Assembly (NCBI GenBank): GCA_041690595.1
Contig: JAWLHB010000061.1
Span: forward strand, 1 to 38,286
Reading direction: 5' to 3'
Source of the DNA: Lentisphaeria bacterium
GTDB taxonomy: Bacteria; Verrucomicrobiota; Lentisphaeria; JABSQK01; JAWLHB01
DNA length: 38,286 nt
The notes below the pieces were generated by a model. That model saw only the letters and a program-made list of their open reading frames with translations, searched no databases and had not been told where the DNA came from. Below are positions 36,765 to 38,286 of the stretch, piece after piece (positions within the stretch are counted from its first letter, which is position 1; each line of letters starts with the position of its first letter). Position numbers and translations under genes: made by a program.

Positions 36765-37113
36765 TTAACCACAAAGAACGCAGAGAGCGCAAAGATTGGG
36801 ATGGGGAGGCGGGGAAGTTTACCACGAAGAGCGCGAAGGGCCACGAAGGAAGCAGCTCAGGGGGTTAGCCACAGAGAACGCAGAGAACGCAAAGATTGGG
36901 ACGGGGAGGCGGGGAGGTTTACCACGGAGGCACGGAGACACGGAGAGTGCCGCATAGGGGATTAACCACAGAGAACGCAAGGAGCGCAAAGATTGAGATG
37001 GGGAGGCGGGGAGGTTTACCACGAAGCGCACGAAGGGGCACGAAGGAAGCAGCAGGGAGCGCAAAGATTTGGCGTCATGAGGTTCACCACGAAGAGGGCA
37101 AAGGGAGACGAAG
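36765..37113 (+). repeat. purine-rich array: three ~97-100-bp units plus a partial unit, built from seven triple-repeat modules
   Basis: Units start at 36765, 36865 and 36962. Modules start at 36765, 36818, 36865, 36918, 36962, 37015 and 37083. Confidence 0.92.
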
Positions 37114-37437
37114 GATGGAGGTGGGGCGGGGCTACGACCGGAACATTGAAAGGAAAGGTCAAGAGAATGGATCCGGTAGAGCTTGATCGCTTGCTTGTCG
37201 GCGACGACGAGGTAGACGATTCGCAAGAGTTGTGAAGCGGAACAGCCGAACTACGCTGCCAAGCTCTTGACTGAGGCCGACAGTCGGGCGTCTGCTCCAA
37301 ATCCCAGTATAGCATCCTGTCCAAACGTCCAGGAGGCAGGAACGGAGGCACCGACTGCCTATTATACTCACGAGTTGCAATCCGAATTTGCTTGCCTATC
37401 TTGTGCTGATCGTGAAACACATAGCAGAGGTGCAGGG

Positions 37438-37542
37438 ACGCCGCCTCGCTGTTGAAGCGGTCATGAAATGCCATCAGATTTTCAGGAAAGTCATCCATCC
37501 TAAACACTACATGTTGCGGTGCCGGGAGTCAAGTGCATAGCC
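37438..37542 (-). mobile_element. truncated left end of an IS1595-family element (terminal repeat plus ~20 codons)
   Basis: Minus strand GGCTATGCACTTGACTC... followed by MDDFPENLMAFHDRFNSEAA, resembling IS1595 transposase N-termini. Similarity stops before the expected RWP/CPxC zinc ribbon. Confidence 0.6.
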
Positions 37543-37572
37543 CAGTAATTGAATTGAAACAATGGTGTCATT

Positions 37573-38208
37573 ATGAACTGGCGTGAACGTTGGAAAGAGG
37601 CAGAGAAGGTAGAAGGAGGCGCTCAGGGGCGATGCTTCAAAGTAAAGCCACGTGATGGCGACAAGCGATATTTTCTAAAAGAGTTACGCGATGGGGGAAG
37701 TTCTGAACGACGTCGGCGATTTTTTACGGAGACAATGATTCACCAAGCCTATGATATTGAGTATACGCCCTCGATAATCGAAACGAATGCTCAGCTGTTT
37801 GCGGATAGCGAAGCGAAACTATATTACGTGGCCGATCTCATTGAAGGGAGTAGGCTGGATAAATTGAGAAGCGCCAACAACTTAGAAGAACCAGATATAC
37901 TGGGAATCTTTCGGCAGCTCCTTTGTATCCTGAGGAAGTGCCATAGCGTTGACATCGTGCACCGTGACATTAAGCCCGAGAACATTCTGATATCCAATGA
38001 TTGCGTATATCTTGTTGATTTCGGCATCGCATATACATCCTTGTATGACAGTGGTACGATCGTCAGTCAAGAGATGGGAAACAGATTTCTCAGATTGAAT
38101 GAATTAGCAGCTGGCTCTACAAATAAGCGAGATGTGAGAAGTGATTTGACGTTGGCATGCGGAATTGCATGCTATTTGATCTGCGGTAACCAGACCTCAG
38201 TGGGATAG
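37573..38208 (+). CDS. Ser/Thr protein kinase, lower GC, probably C-terminally truncated
   Basis: GGAQG loop, FLKEL, HRDIKPEN, DFG, GNRFLRLNE, RSD. The ORF ends shortly after subdomain IX. Confidence 0.82.
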   Translation: MNWRERWKEAEKVEGGAQGRCFKVKPRDGDKRYFLKELRDGGSSERRRRFFTETMIHQAYDIEYTPSIIETNAQLFADSEAKLYYVADLIEGSRLDKLRSANNLEEPDILGIFRQLLCILRKCHSVDIVHRDIKPENILISNDCVYLVDFGIAYTSLYDSGTIVSQEMGNRFLRLNELAAGSTNKRDVRSDLTLACGIACYLICGNQTSVG

Positions 38209-38210
38209 GC

Positions 38211-38286
38211 TCAGGCGTCTGTAAAGTTGGTCGCCCGGATTTCGATGGCTTGCTCATGGGCGCTGGGGGCCGGAGGTGAGGCCGAG
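38211..38286 (-). CDS. possible 3' end of a gene entering from the right edge
   Basis: Open minus-strand frame ...SASPPAPSAHEQAIEIRATNFTDA* with GC back at host level; too short to identify. Confidence 0.3.
   Translation of the reverse strand, partial: SASPPAPSAHEQAIEIRATNFTDA

Noticed and set aside
36765..37113. CRISPR array
   Set aside because: The repeats are degenerate and internally repetitive, the intervening sequences are near-identical rather than unique spacers, and there are no cas genes in the window.
36595..37507. ORFs over the repeat region (e.g. 36819-37226, 36612-36965, 37016-37507)
   Set aside because: They are translations of the repeats (SLRSLRSLW etc.). Only the first ~20 codons of the 37016-37507 frame look like real IS-derived coding sequence.
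38185..38230. Possible IS terminal repeat (TAACCAGACCTCAGTG) at the kinase truncation point
   Set aside because: No partner repeat or transposase is visible in the window, so the family cannot be supported.

Overview
GC-rich bacterial chromosomal segment, most likely PVC superphylum and Lentisphaeria-like, inferred from a prepilin/H-X9-DG protein paired with a large glycoside hydrolase and a GYF-like protein. Left to right: a small orphan, a REP-associated (RAYT-like, HUH/Y1) transposase with imperfect inverted ends, a nitrilase-family hydrolase, a Fic protein, a hemerythrin with a signal peptide, DUF3859, an FGGY sugar kinase coupled to a receiver-Ser/Thr kinase fusion, a Zn-ribbon/GYF membrane protein, a prepilin + GH95-like operon, a complete cbb3 oxidase cluster (ferredoxin-ccoI-ccoS-ccoNO-ccoQ-ccoP-ccoG-ccoH-DsbD/TauE-like), a large repeat/Calx-beta surface protein, two hybrid histidine kinases, DUF2079, DUF2959 and a GT39-like glycosyltransferase. 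The right end holds a non-coding cluster of stacked palindromes, a purine-rich array of seven 'TTwACCAC + three 8-10-mer' modules, an IS1595 stump and a lower-GC, apparently truncated Ser/Thr kinase. The most unusual signals are that array, related 9-mer tracts elsewhere in the window, and a gene-strand-independent GC-skew reversal whose sharp edge coincides with the palindrome/array cluster. All family assignments come from motif recognition by eye; no database searches were run.
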